DNA of 63,442 nucleotides, filler included, from Chiloscyllium plagiosum (GCF_004010195.1; 3 parts of one record of this genome joined end to end with filler, not necessarily neighbours in it); one strand, 5' to 3'. Positions 50,101-62,730 are shown, counted from the first letter of the whole stretch. Notes: generated by a model from the letters alone, not told the origin. Numbers and translations: made by a program.

Positions 50101-53084
50101 GTGTTACAAGACAAACCAAATGGGAGTGTTCCTGTTTTACAGATTCATGCAATTGGGAAGCCACTACTAAATCCCATGTTTATTGTCCATTCCTCATTAA
50201 CCTCGGTGGGCTGGTGATAAACTACTCCTTTAAATAAAAACATGTCAGATACATAAAATAGGAGAAGGCTATTCAGCCCCTCAAGCTTGCTCCATCATTC
50301 AGTTGATCTTGTCTCCCAGATCCACTTTTCCAGATGACTCCACCTCCTTGATTGATTTCTGTCTTCGATACACTCAGTGATGGAGTGACCACAACCCTTT
50401 GGCACAGCGAGTGCCAAAGACATCCAAATGAAGGCATTTCTGCTCATCTCAGTCCGAAACGGTCAGCCCCTTATCCTGAATCTATGACCTCTTGTCATAG
50501 TCTCTCAGTGAGGGGAAAGATCCTTTCAATATCTAACCTACCTAACACCTTGAGGATGTTACAGCTTGCGATAAGGTCACTGGTTTCTGTTTGATGTTCC
50601 CTGTGCGTGATTAACTTGGCCATTTCAGAAAGCAGGAAACGCTCAACAGTATTCTCGCAAGTCTGAAGTCATACAGAGATCAGACTGCAGAAAGACTAAA
50701 GGTTATGTCATTTAAAGCAGTTTAATCTAATCAGAGTTTTAATAACAATTGATACCAGCTCTGTATTCCAGATTTCGTTAATTGAATTTCAATTCTCCAG
50801 CTGCTACAGTATTCTCCTGTCTGTGATTATTTGTCTAGATCTTGGGACTTCAAGTCCAGTAACCTTACCACTATGCTACCAGTCCCTGTTCTTGAGGACA
50901 ATGTAGCATGGACAATGACTAACTCAAACAGAAATTGCTGCAAAACCTCAGCAGGTCAGGCAGTATCTGTGGAAAGAAAGCAGATTTAACGTTTTGGGTC
51001 CAGTGACCCTTCTTCAGAAAGCTGAACAATTGTTGAATACATTAGCAATGCTCGTGCACCCTGAGATTGGATATTGAAATGCAAAGGTGCCTCTTAAGTG
51101 GCTCAGATTCAGTTAAAAACAAGACTTGGCAGTGTCCACACAGACTGGTTATTGCATTAACTCTCGAGCAATTTGAGCAAGAAGTACTCAGAATGATCAG
51201 ATTCCACAACACTATAAAAAGGAAGCCTCCACTCCCATTAATCTTCTCAGGAACAGAGGTCTGATCTGAGGAATCAGTCCAAAATAGCCATCTCCAGCCT
51301 CTGTCTTTCTCAATCCTGACACACACAGAGTCAGCAGATCCATTTTTTTCTATCAACTGGGTGTTTCAGAGCTGGCTTCATGGTAAATTGGCGAATCTAT
51401 GCATTGACAGTGAGTGGGTCAGTTCTGATATTTAACACTCAAATTATTAGGAGTGGACAGGAAGAGGCTGGTCCCTTCAGCTGTGTGACAGGGCTGCTGG
51501 ATACACAGCTGGACTCTGTATTGTGGGTGTGAAAGCAAACTGTTTGGTCACCAGGCCAACTGAACTGACACTCTCTTCTCCCGTAATCCAACATACTACT
51601 TCCCAACAATGTCATCCAGAAAGAAAGCAGCGGTTTCCACATGTACATTGACACTGCTGCCCCTGCCTAGCCTCTCCCCAAACCTTTCCACTCTCACTGA
51701 GTTTTCAAGCTTCTTGTCTAATACCCCAGACTGAGTGAGTAAACTTTCCCTTCAACTGCACGGCAAAGGGTGAAGCCATTGACTTTGTCCCCAGAACACA
51801 CCCCATTCCTTCTCCTTGGCAACAGACTGAGGCTGAACCAGAGAGTTTTTTTTAACATCAGTTTTGACCCTTAAGGGGGTATGTGTTTCTGACCATAAGG
51901 GGGTATAACCAGGGGCATAATTTTAAAGATAAAAGCTGGAGGTTTAAAGGGGATTTGAGGAAACACTTTTTCACCAAGCGGGTGTTGGGATTCTGGAATG
52001 TACTGTCTGGGAGCACTTGGCTGACCACTTGAAATGTCATAACATTCAACTATGGGCCTAGTGTGGGAAAGTGAGACTAGTGTAGGTAGTAATCTAGCTT
52101 TAGTAGTACAGACTGGATGGGCCAAAGGGCCTTTTCGGCACCGTATGGTTCTATGATTGACGTGCCCATGCCATTACTGTGACCACCAAATCCAAACCTC
52201 ATTACAATGTCCCACCACACCTCGATTCCAGCTCATCTGCTGCTGCTTCCCCTGCTTTTGTTACGCTGGCTATTCCAACCCACTCCTGCCTGGTCCTCCA
52301 TATTCCATAAAGCCCTGTGGTACAGTCACTGGTCTGTTAATCCAGAGATTCAAATTCTCCCACCAAGGCAGACAGTGGAATTAGAATTCAATAAAACTCT
52401 GGAATTAAGAATCTAATGATGACCATGAATCCATTGTTGATTGTCAGGAGAAACTCATCTGGTTCGTTAATGTCCTTTAGGGAAAGGAACTGCTATCTTT
52501 ACCTGATTTTACATGACTCCAGAGCCACAGCAAGGGGGTTGACTCTTAGCTGCCCTCTGGGCATTTAGGGATGGGCAATAAATGCTGCCCAGCCAGCGAT
52601 GCCCTCGTCCTCATGAATATAAACAAAATGAAATCTTGCAAACCACTACTGCCCATGTTCTTAATCAGCATGTGAGTGTATTGGAGGTGGGTCAGAAGGG
52701 ATTTACGAGATTGATTCAATTTATTCGCATGTACTGAGATACAGTGATAAGCACTGTTTTGCATGCTAACCAGCTCAATCATGCCTTTCATAAGTGCATC
52801 AGGGTAATAGAACAGAATGCAGACTATAGCGTGACAGTTACAGAGAAGTGCACAGAGAGATCAACTCGAATACATTAGAGGTCTGTTCATGAGTCTGATA
52901 ATGAGTAGGCTGTCTAATGGGTTATGGTGGCTGGTTTCCAATGGAGATTAGTAGAGTGAGGGATAGGGAGAAAGAGACGGATACAGAGGGAGAGTCCATT
53001 TTAGGAAAGTTACAATCAGATGTACTGCTGGGAAGGCAGAGTGGAAAAAGGGGACTCAAAGAGGAATTTTTTTTTCTTTTTTTT

Positions 53085-53600
53085 GCAGCAGAGAGCGGCG
53101 GGAGCTGGGCGGAAGTGAAGTCGGAGCGCAGAGCCGGTCGGGAAGGTAAGTGATTGTTCTTTGAGTGGAGAAGGAACCTGAGACACTGCACATGTAGTGT
53201 CTCCCACCCTCCCTCCTCCTCTAACCTAAAAAAAAGGTAAGCTACTCAGTGTTCTTGTTTTGGAGACGAAGTGTAGAGTTATGGCAGCGCAGGCAGTGGA
53301 ATGTTCCTCCTGCAGGATGTTCGAGGTAGGGGTGACCACCGATGCTCCTGCGACTTCATCTGCAGGAAGTGCAGCCAGCTCCAGCTCCTCACAGACCGCG
53401 TTAGGGAACTGGAACTGGAGTTGGATGAACTGAGGATTATTTGAGAGGCTGAGAGGGTGATAGATAGAACTACAGGGACATAGTTATGCCAGAGAACAGA
53501 GGTAGCTGAGTAATAGTTAGAGGTGGGAAGGGGAGGAAGCAGGCAGTGCAGGGATCCCCTGTGGTCGTTCCCCTCAACAATAAGTATACCGCTTTGGAAA
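53085..53600 (+). mobile_element. CR1 5' end: GC-rich 5'UTR and ORF1 N-terminus (zinc finger and leucine zipper), frameshifted; abuts an HE1 SINE (53610-53779, minus)
   Basis: ATG 53281 MAAQAVECSSCRMFEVG.../DFICRKCSQLQLLTDRVRELELELDELRII...VVVPLNNKYTALE. Confidence 0.8.
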
Positions 53601-54633
53601 CTTTTTTTTAGATTACTTAGATTAGATTAAATTAGATTACTTACAGTGTGGGAACAGGCCCTTCAGCCCAACAAGTCCACACCGCCCCGCTGAAGCGCAA
53701 CCCACCCATACTCCTACATTTACCCCTTACCTTACACTACGGGCAATTTAGCATGGCCAATTCACCTGACCTGCACATCNNNNNNNNNNNNNNNNNNNNN
53801 NNNNNNNNNNNNNNNNNNNNNNNTTAATTAATTAANNNNNNNNNNNNNNNNNNNNNNNNNNNNNNNNNNNNNNNNNNNNTAGCTCAAACCCTCTAACCCT
53901 GGCAACATCCTTGTAAATCTTTTCTGAACTCTTTCAAGTTTCACAACCTTTTTCCGATAGGAAGGAGACCAGAATTGCACACAATATTCCAACAGTGGCC
54001 TAACCAATGTCCTGTACAGCCGCAACATGACCTCCCAACTCCAGTACTCAATACTCTGACCAATAAAGGAAAGCAAACCAAACACCTTCTTCACTATCCT
54101 TTGGCAATGTCTGAGAGATCATATATAACTTTCTGTACAATTCTGGTCTCCTTTTGCATGTTGTTGAGCTGCACAATAACATTGGTGCCTATTGTGCAGC
54201 CATCAGCTTCCAATGTCCAGCATCTTTTGGTACAAAGACACTCTGAACGTTTCCCTGAAGTGGTAGCATTGATATTAAGAACTAGGGAGAACTGGGTATC
54301 AGCTGTCCAAAATGGGGACAACATGATGCTACATTACACATTGGGTTCAACACTTTAACAATGAGGTGGAGTGGCAGGAAGCTGAGTGCGGACTCTGAAC
54401 CCCTCGGCTTTGTGAGTGTCCAGCACCGTCCGCCCAGCACTCAGCAGTTTCCAAATTGACCTGTTCGGTCACATGACAACCCATGGCAGGAACTCACACA
54501 TCGACATCATTCTTGAATCAACAGACAGCTGGTCATTGGCTGATGTCCGAAAGATAGATTCCTTCCCCAGATGATTTGCTTTTTACTCATTCATGGGATG
54601 ATCATGCCGCTGACTAGGCTGGCATTTATTGCC

Positions 54634-54772
54634 GATGATCCCTGAAGAAGGGCTTATGCCTGAAACGTCGATTCTCCTGCTCCTTGGATGCTGCCTGACC
54701 TGCTGAGCTTTTCCAGCAACACATTTTCAGCTCTGATCTCCAGCATCTGCAGTCCTCACTTTCTCCTCGAAG
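54634..54772 (+). mobile_element. Family A short element with hammerhead (54642-54669) and 10-bp TSD, nested in an older SINE
   Basis: CTGAAGA-A-GGGC-TTAT-GCCT-GAAACGTC; atttattgcc at 54624-54633 and 54773-54782. Confidence 0.82.
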
Positions 54773-55139
54773 ATTTATTGCCTATCCCAAATTACCCAGA
54801 AAGAAGTTGAGAGTCAACCCCATTGCTGTGGGTCTGGAGTCACATGTAGACCAGACCAGGTAAGGATGGCAGCTTCCTTCCCGAAAGGACAGTAGCGACC
54901 CACATTGGCTTTTCCATCAATCGACAATCATTAGATTCTTTATTCCAGATTTTTAAAAATTGAATTTGAATTCCACCTCCTGGCATGGCAGGATTCAGAT
55001 CCAGATTCTGGATTAGTGGTGCTGGAAGAGCACAGCAGTTCAGGCAGCATCTGAGGAGCAGCGAAATCGACGTTTTGGGCAAAAGCCCTTCATCAGGAAT
55101 AAAAAAGTCGGGGTCCCCCGGACAGTAACAATCCCGCCA

Positions 55140-57062
55140 TATCTTTGTGGCATCCTTAAATACAGGTGAGGTGCCGAAGGACAGGAGGGTTGCTCATGTT
55201 GTCCCCCTGACAAGGAAGGGTAGAAGGGATATTCTGGGTAACTACAGACCAGTGAGCCTGACCTCGGTGGTGGGGGAGTTGCTGGAGAAGGTACTGAGGG
55301 ATAGGATCTATTTATATTTAGAAAAGAATGGGCTTATCAGTGATAGGCAACATGGTTTTGTGTGGGAGAGATCATGCCTTACCAACTTAATAGAGTTCTT
55401 TGAGGAAGTGACCTAGTTGATAGATGAAGGAAGGGCTGTTGATGTCATATACATGGACTTTAGTAAGGCGTTTGATAAGGTTCCCCATTGTAGACTAATG
55501 GAGAAAGCCTCGGAACACTTCAACCCTAGGGCATCAATATGGATTTCAACAGCTTCCTCATTTCCCCTTCCCTCACCTCATCCTAGTTTCTAACCTCCAG
55601 CAACACAATCCCCTTGACTTGTCCGGACTTGTCCGACCTGCCCAGCTCCTTTTCCACCTATCCACTCCACCCTCTCCTCCCTGACCTATCACCTTCATCT
55701 CCTCCCCCACTGACCTATTGTACTCTATGCTACTCTATCCGCACCCCCACCCTCCTCTAGCTTATCTCTCCACACTTCAGGCTCTCTGCCTTTATTNNNN
55801 NNNNNNNNNNNNNNTTCCACAGGGGTCAGTGTTGGGGGCCACTGTTGTTTGTAATATACATAAATGATCTGGAAGAGGGCACTGTTGGTCTGATCAGCAA
55901 GTTTGCAGATGACATGAAGATTGGTGGAGGAGCAGAAAGTATAAGGGACTGTCAGAGAATACAGGAGGATATAGATAGACTGGAGAGTCGGGCAGAAAAG
56001 TGGCAGATGGAGTTCAATCCAGACAAATGTGAGGTGATGCATTTAGGCAAGACTAATTCTAGAGCGAATTATACAATGAATGGAAGAGCCTTGGGAAAAG
56101 TTGATGAGCAGAGAGATCTGGGAGTGCACGTCCCTTGTACCCTGCAGGTTGCTGCACAGGTGGGTAGAGTGGTCAAGAAGGCATATGGTATGCTTGCCTT
56201 CATTGGACAGCGTATTGAGTATAAGAGCTGGCAGGTCATGTTAACATTGTTCAATTCCCGCCTCAGGCGACTGACTGTGTGGAGTTTGCACATTATCCCC
56301 GTGTCTGCGTGGGTTTCCTCCGGGTGCTCCGGTTTCCTCCCACAGTCCAAAGATGTGCAGGCCAGGTGAATTGGCCGTGCTAAATTGCCCGTAGTGTTAG
56401 GTAAGGGGTAAATGTAGGGGTATGGGTGGTTTGCGCTTCGGCGGGTCAGTGTGGACTTGTTGGGCCGAAGGGCCTGTTTCCACACTGTAAAGTAATCTAA
56501 AAAAAAAGACATTGATTCGACTGCATTTGGAATACTGTGTACAGTTCTGGTCGCCACATTACCAAAAGGATGGGGACGCTTTGGAGAGGGTGCAGAGAAG
56601 GTTTACGAGGATTGTGCCTGGTATGGAAGGTGCTAGCTATGAAGAGAGGTTGAGTAGGTTAGGTTTATTTTCATTAGGAAAAGGGAGATTGAGGGATGAC
56701 CTGATTGAGGTTTATAAAATCATGAAGGGTGTAGACAGAGTGGGTAGAAATAAGTTTTTTCCCAGGGTGAAGGATTCAATAACGAGAGGTCATGCTTTCA
56801 AGGCGAGAGGTGGAAAGTTTAAGGGGGATACACACGGCAAGTACTTCACACAGAGGGTGGTGGGTATTTGGAACGCGTTGCCGGAGGCAGGCACGGTAGA
56901 TTCATTTCAGATGTGTCAGGATAAATGCATGGGTAGGTGGGGAGTAGAGGGATACAGATGCTCAGGAATTGACCGACAGGTTTAGGCAGTAGATTTGGAT
57001 CGGCTCAGGCTTGGAGGGCCGAAGGGCCTGTTCCTGGGCTGTAAATTTTCTTTGTTCTTTGT
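55140..57062 (+). mobile_element. CR1 ORF2 (RT to 3' tail), interrupted by a Penelope 3' fragment (55507-55796), a small gap and an HE1 SINE (56249-56500)
   Basis: GNYRPVSLTSVVG..QHGF..RSCLTNLIEFFEEVT; FVIYINDLEE..SKFADD; LEYCVQFWSPHY...FTQRVVGIWNALP. Confidence 0.9.
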
Positions 57063-57539
57063 ACCACTTGGCCATTGCCCCCTACGTTAGTGATTTAAGA
57101 TGGGTTTTTATGATAATTCAGTCATTTGATGACTTACTACCAGTTTTATTTATTATTTATTATTTCAAGTTAATTTAACTAAATGAAGTTAAATTTCCTG
57201 ATAAAATAAAACAAGGAATAACAGATTATTTGATTTGACTTGTTGTTGGCACATGCACCAAAATACAGTGAAATATATTGTTTTGCATGCTCACCAGACA
57301 GTATCAGGAGGTGGAGAAGTCAATGTTTCAGGTGTTACCATTCTTCAGGGCCCTTCTGCCCCTCCTGGTGCTGCTTGGCTCACTGTGTTCTCCCAACCTC
57401 CTGCTTCTCTACCTTGGATTCCAGCATCTGCAGTTTTGTTGTCACTATCCAGACAAATCATCCCTTACACCAGGGTCATAGAGCAGAATGCGGAATATAG
57501 TGTTACAACTACAGAGAGGGTGCCGAGGAAGATTAACTC

Positions 57540-59050
57540 TAATATTTGAGAGGTCCGTACATAATCCTAATAACAGCCAGGAAGAAGCTGTTCTTTAAAC
57601 AGTTGGTATGTGTGTTTAAGTTATTGTATCTCCAGCCTTTTGGAAGACGGTGGAAGAGATTATAACGGGGTGGGATGGGTCTTTGCTGAGACAGCAGGAA
57701 GTGTACACGGAGTCAGTGGATGGAAGGCTGGTTTTTGGGAGGGACTGGGCTGTGTTCACAACTCTCTGTAATTTCTTGTGGTCCTGGGGCAGAGCAGTTG
57801 CCAAACCAATCTGTGATACATCCGGATAGGAGGCTTTCTGTGGTGCATCTATACAAATTGGTAAGAGTCATTGTGGCCGTGCTGCATTTCCTTAGCTTCC
57901 GGAGGAAGTTGAGGTGTTGTCGTGCTTTCCTGACCATCACATCCATGTGGGTGGACCAGGACAGATTATGGGTGACCATCACTCCCAGGACAGATTGTGG
58001 GTGACCGTCACTCCCAGGACAGATTGTGGGTGATTGTCACTCCCAGGACAGATTGTGGGTGAGCATCACTCCCAGGACAGATTGTGGGTGACCGTCACTC
58101 CCAGGACAGATTGTGAATGACCATCCCTCCCAGGACAGATTGTGAATGACCATCATTCCCAGGACAGATTGTGGCTGACCGTCCCTCCCAGGACAGATTG
58201 TGAGTGACCATCATTCCCAGGACAGATTGTGAATGACCATCATTCCCAGGACAGATTGTGGCTGACCGTCCCTCCCAGGACAGATTGTGGGTGATCGTCA
58301 CTCCCAGGACAGATTGTGGGTGACCGTCACTCCCAGGACAGATTGTAGGTGAGTGTCACTCCCAGGACAGATTGTGGCTGAGCGTCACCCCCAGGACAGA
58401 TTGTGGGTGAGCGTCACTCCCAGGACAGATTGTAGGTGAGTGTCACTCCCAGGACAGATTGTGGCTGACCGTCACCCCCAGGACAGATTGTGGATGACCA
58501 TCATTCCCAGGACAGATTGTGGCTGACCGTCCCTCCCAGGACAGATTGTGGGTGAGCGTCACTCCCAGGACAGATTAGGGGTGACCATCACCCCCAGGAC
58601 AGATTGTGGGTGAGCGTCACTCCCAGGACAGATTGTGGGTGACTGTCACTCCCAGGACAGATTAGGGGTGACCGTCACCCCCAGGACAGATTGTGGATGA
58701 CCGTCACTCCCAGGACAGGTTGTGGGTGACCGTCATTCCCAGGACAGATTGTGGGTGAGCGTCCCTCCCAGGACAGATTGTGGGTGAGCATCACCCCCAG
58801 GACAGATTGTGGGTGACCGTCCCTCCCAGGAACTTGATGCTGTCGCCCATCTCCCCCTCAGCCTCACTGATACAGACAGGGGTGTGCCCTCCACTCTGCT
58901 TCCTGAAGGTAATGAGCAGCTCCTTCATTTTGCTGATGTTGAGGGAGAGCTTGTTCCCTTCACACCCTGCTCTGTGTTCAGTCTCTTTCCTGGACTCTGT
59001 CTCAGCGTGGTTTGGGGTCTGACTCTCTACAGTGATGTCATCAGTGGATT
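57540..59050 (-). mobile_element. Rex1/Babar-like LINE 3' fragment with an internal minisatellite
   Basis: Minus strand IKFLG.T.THNLSWSTH...RKARQHLNFLRKLRK...LTNLYRCTTESLLSGCITDWFGNCSA/QDHKKLQRVV. Confidence 0.75.
57955..58830. repeat. 29-bp minisatellite (cccaggacagattgtgggtgaccgtcact)n, about 30 copies
   Basis: cccagga recurs at 57984, 58013 and onward. Confidence 0.93.
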
Positions 59051-59199
59051 TGTAATGCTGAAGATCTGAAGAAAAGCACAGAAATTGCTGGAGAAACTCA
59101 GCAGGTCTGGTAGCATCTTTGCAGTGAAAGCAGAATTTATGTTTTGAGTCCAGCGTTACTCTTCATCAGAACCCGATCAAATGAATCAATCTCTACTTT

Positions 59200-59830
59200 A
59201 AACACAGGCATGGACTGAGTTTCTATAGCCCCCAGTGATAGTGAGTCCCAAAGGTTCACAATCCTCTGGATAAAAAAATACACCAAAGTCCCATCCGTCC
59301 ATTAGTTTTCGTTTCTTTTGAAAAAATGTTGCCTCCTGGTTCTCAACTCCCCCAACCAGGGAAACATCTTCCCTGTATCTCCCCAACTTACCTGTTCAGT
59401 ATTTTGGAAGTTTCAATGAGATTGTCTCTCATTCTTTAAAACTCTGGAGAATCCAGGCTCAGTTTGTCCGATCTCTCTCCATTGGACAGTCCCACCATCC
59501 CGGGAACAAGTCTGGGAAACATCCATTACATTCCCTCTCTATGGCAATGACATCTTTCCTGAGATGAAGAGACCAAACCTACACACAGGGACACCGGGGG
59601 TGGTCTCACCAAGTTCCTGTACAAATGAAACAAGCTTCACTGCTCCTGTACACAAATCCTCTCGCGATAAAGGCTAACATTCCATTAGACTTCTCAATGA
59701 CTTGCTGCACCTGTGTGGTAGCCTTCAGTGACTTATCAATAAGGACACCTCATACCCTTTGTATATCTGCACATTCTAATCTCTTATCATTTCAGAAATA
59801 CTCTGCCCCTGTCTTCCTGTCACCACGGCT
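59200..59830 (-). mobile_element. Decayed CR1 3' fragment
   Basis: Reverse complement of the CR1 LYRxLVRP/LEY region and 3' motifs. Confidence 0.65.
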
Positions 59831-59919
59831 AGTACCCTCACTGTGAGTTAATCTGACCCCTCAGCACTCTGTGTGAGAGTCTAACTATTTCCTCTGAGTA
59901 ATCTGTATCTGATCCTGTG

Positions 59920-60475
59920 ATCCACATGTGCTCCATGTGTGTGATCTACACGTGTGCTCCATGTGCGCGATCCGTGTACAGTTTGTGTGTGAGTGATCCA
60001 TGTATGTGCTCTGTATGTATGCTCCAAGTGTGCGTGTTCCATATGTGCACACTGTGTGCACACTCCACGTGTGTGCTCCGTGCTCGTGCTCCGTGTGTGC
60101 ACGCTCCACGTGTGTGCTCTGTGTATGTGCTCTGTGTGCACGTTCCATGTGTGCACGCTCCACGTGTGCACTCTGTGTATGTGCTCCATGTGCACACTCC
60201 ATGTGCGTGATTTGTGTATGTACTCCGTGTGCATGCTCTGTGTGTGCACGCTCCACGTGTGCGCTTTGTGTATGTGCTCCATGTGCACGCTCCACGTGTG
60301 CGTCTGTGTATGTGCTCCGTGTGTGTGCTCCGTGTGTGCTCTGTGTATGTGCTCCGTGCACGTGCTCAGTGTGCACGCTCAGTGTGTGCACGCTCCACAT
60401 GTGCGCTCTGTGCATGTGCTCTGTGTGTGTGCGCCGTGTGTGTGCGCCGTGTGTGTGCGCCGTGTGTGCGCCATG
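59920..60475. repeat. Degenerate (gtgtgcacgctccac/gtgtgctct)n purine-pyrimidine alternating repeat
   Basis: Visible low-complexity tandem structure, CpG-containing. Confidence 0.85.
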
Positions 60476-61129
60476 GTGAGTGTAGTCATGCTGCAGGGGA
60501 GTATTTGTTATTATTTCTGCCACTGGATTCCTCACTCTGCTCCAAATGCTATCACAGGGCAGTTTCAGGTCTCGCCTTGAACAGATTATTGATGTTTGTG
60601 TTGCTGTTGTGTCTGAACACGGCTGTTTAGCTACTTAGCAGCATCCATTTCTACAAACCAACAGCAGTCTCTTTAATAAACTATTGATGAACAGACAATC
60701 AATTCTCATGAAGGAAACAACACTAATTGTAATCGGAAACCAAGACAGAGATTGCTGGAAAAGCTCAGCAGGTCTGGCAACATCTGTGCAGAGAAATCAG
60801 AGTTAACGTTTTGGGTCGAGTGACCCTTCACAGACCCTCCCTCAGAACAGGATCATCAGACCCAATACATTAACTCTGACTTCTCTCCACAGATGCTGCC
60901 TGACCTGCTGAGCTTTTCTGGCAATTTCTGCTGTTGTTTCAGATTTACAGCATCTGCAGTTCTTTCAGTTTTTATTTACTAACTGCAATGGAATTGTCCT
61001 CTGACATAATGTGAAGGTGTGAACTGATCAAATACTGATCTGATATTGAACTGATCAGGAATTGAAAGGGAGAGGGGATTTCAGGAATATTGCAATTCCC
61101 AGGAAGTAGCACCGTGTAAATTGTTGAAA

Positions 61130-62730
61130 CAGCGAGTTGACAAGTCCCCGGGTCCTGACGGATTTCACCCAAGGGTTTTAAAAGCAGCAGCTAGTGAGGT
61201 AACTGATGGGCTTTGGGTTGGTATGTGGTTGTGATACTCAATTGACAAGTTAGTGCCATCACGATGGGCAGAATGGCCTCCTCCTGCTCTGGGGATTCTC
61301 CGATTCGGGGATTCGGGATTGGGCTGGTTTCTATTTTCCAAAACCCGTTGGATTCAGGGCAGGTTCCTTTAGATTGGAAAATGTAACTGTATTCACAAGG
61401 GGAGGAAGTCAGAGAGCAGGAAACAACAGGCCCCTGGTCACTTTAACGTCTGTCTTTGGGAAATGGTCGAAGATGGTGTTAAAGACTTTGCAACAGGAAA
61501 CTTGGAGAAATTCAGAGTAATCAGGCAGAGACAACATGGTCCTGTCAAAGGGAAATCCTGTTTAACCAACTCATGAGAGTTCTCTCAGGAAGTAACATGT
61601 GCAGCAGCTCAAGGGGAACCTGTGGGTGTATGGTCTTAGATTTCCAGAGGCCTTTGGTCAGGTGTCACACCAAAAAGGCTATTGAGGGAATCGGAAGCTG
61701 ATGGTGAGAGGGTAACATTGACCTGGAGATAGAAGACTGGCTGGTTAACAGGGAACGGAATATCTGGGTCTTTTTCAGACTGGCAGGGTGTCCCGAGTGG
61801 TGGTGCCCCAGGGGTCAGTGCTAGAGCTAGGATTGGGGTGAAGGATTGAAGGTATGGAGCTAACTTTACCGATGACACAAACAGATCAGAAAGGGAGATG
61901 TGAGGGGACACGAGGAAGCCTCAAGGAATATCAGCAGGTTTGGTGAGTGGGCACAGACCTGGCGAATGGATTGTATTGTGAGAAAGTGGGACATTGTCCA
62001 GGGGAAAGAATGAAAGTAGCATTACCTCAACGGTGAGAGACTGCAGAGCTGCAGAGCTCAGAGATGCAGAGGGATCTGGGTGTCTGAGTGTAGGAATCAT
62101 AGAAGATCAGTCTGCAGGGACAGTGAGTGATCAGGAACATTCATAGAATGAGATGGTTTATTGTGAGAGGAACTGAATGTGAGAGTAGGGAGGTTATGTC
62201 TCAGGTATGAGCACTGTGTGCGGCACAGGTCACTGGACTGACAGAGGGATGGGAATGTGTTGGAAGCTGTTCAGAGAAGGTTTACCAGGCTAACCCCTGG
62301 ACTGAGCGGATTACCATCTGGGGAAAGGCCGGACAGACTGGGCCTGAGGGTGGGGAGGTTAGAAGTGTCAGAGGGGACTGAATTGAGACAGATAAGACCC
62401 TGAGGGGAGCTGTCCGGGCGGAGAACCGAGAACTAGGGGTCATTGTTTAAATGTAAGGGAAATCCCATTTAAACAGAGATGAGGGGACATTTCTTTCTCC
62501 CTGAGGGCTGTGAGCCTTTGGAATTCCCTTCCTCAAAGATGGTGGATGTAGGATCTTTACATATTTTTACAGCAGAGGCAGTGGGATTTGTGATGGCCAA
62601 GGGGATAGAAGAAAATCAGGGAAATGCAGGAATGTAGAATCAAGCTCGGATCACCCATGATGATATTGAATGTAGGAGCATGCTCAAAGGGCAGAGTGGT
62701 CTCCTGTTGGTCCAGTTCCTGTGGCCTGCT
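61130..62730 (+). mobile_element. Old CR1 ORF2 fragment
   Basis: KSPGPDGFHPRVLK, QHGPVKGKSCLTN, PQGSVL and a CR1 3' region, with many stops. Confidence 0.8.

Noticed and set aside
59881..60630. His- or Cys-rich ORFs resembling metallothionein or keratin-associated proteins
   Set aside because: These are translations of a (GT/GC)-rich simple repeat, open in most frames.
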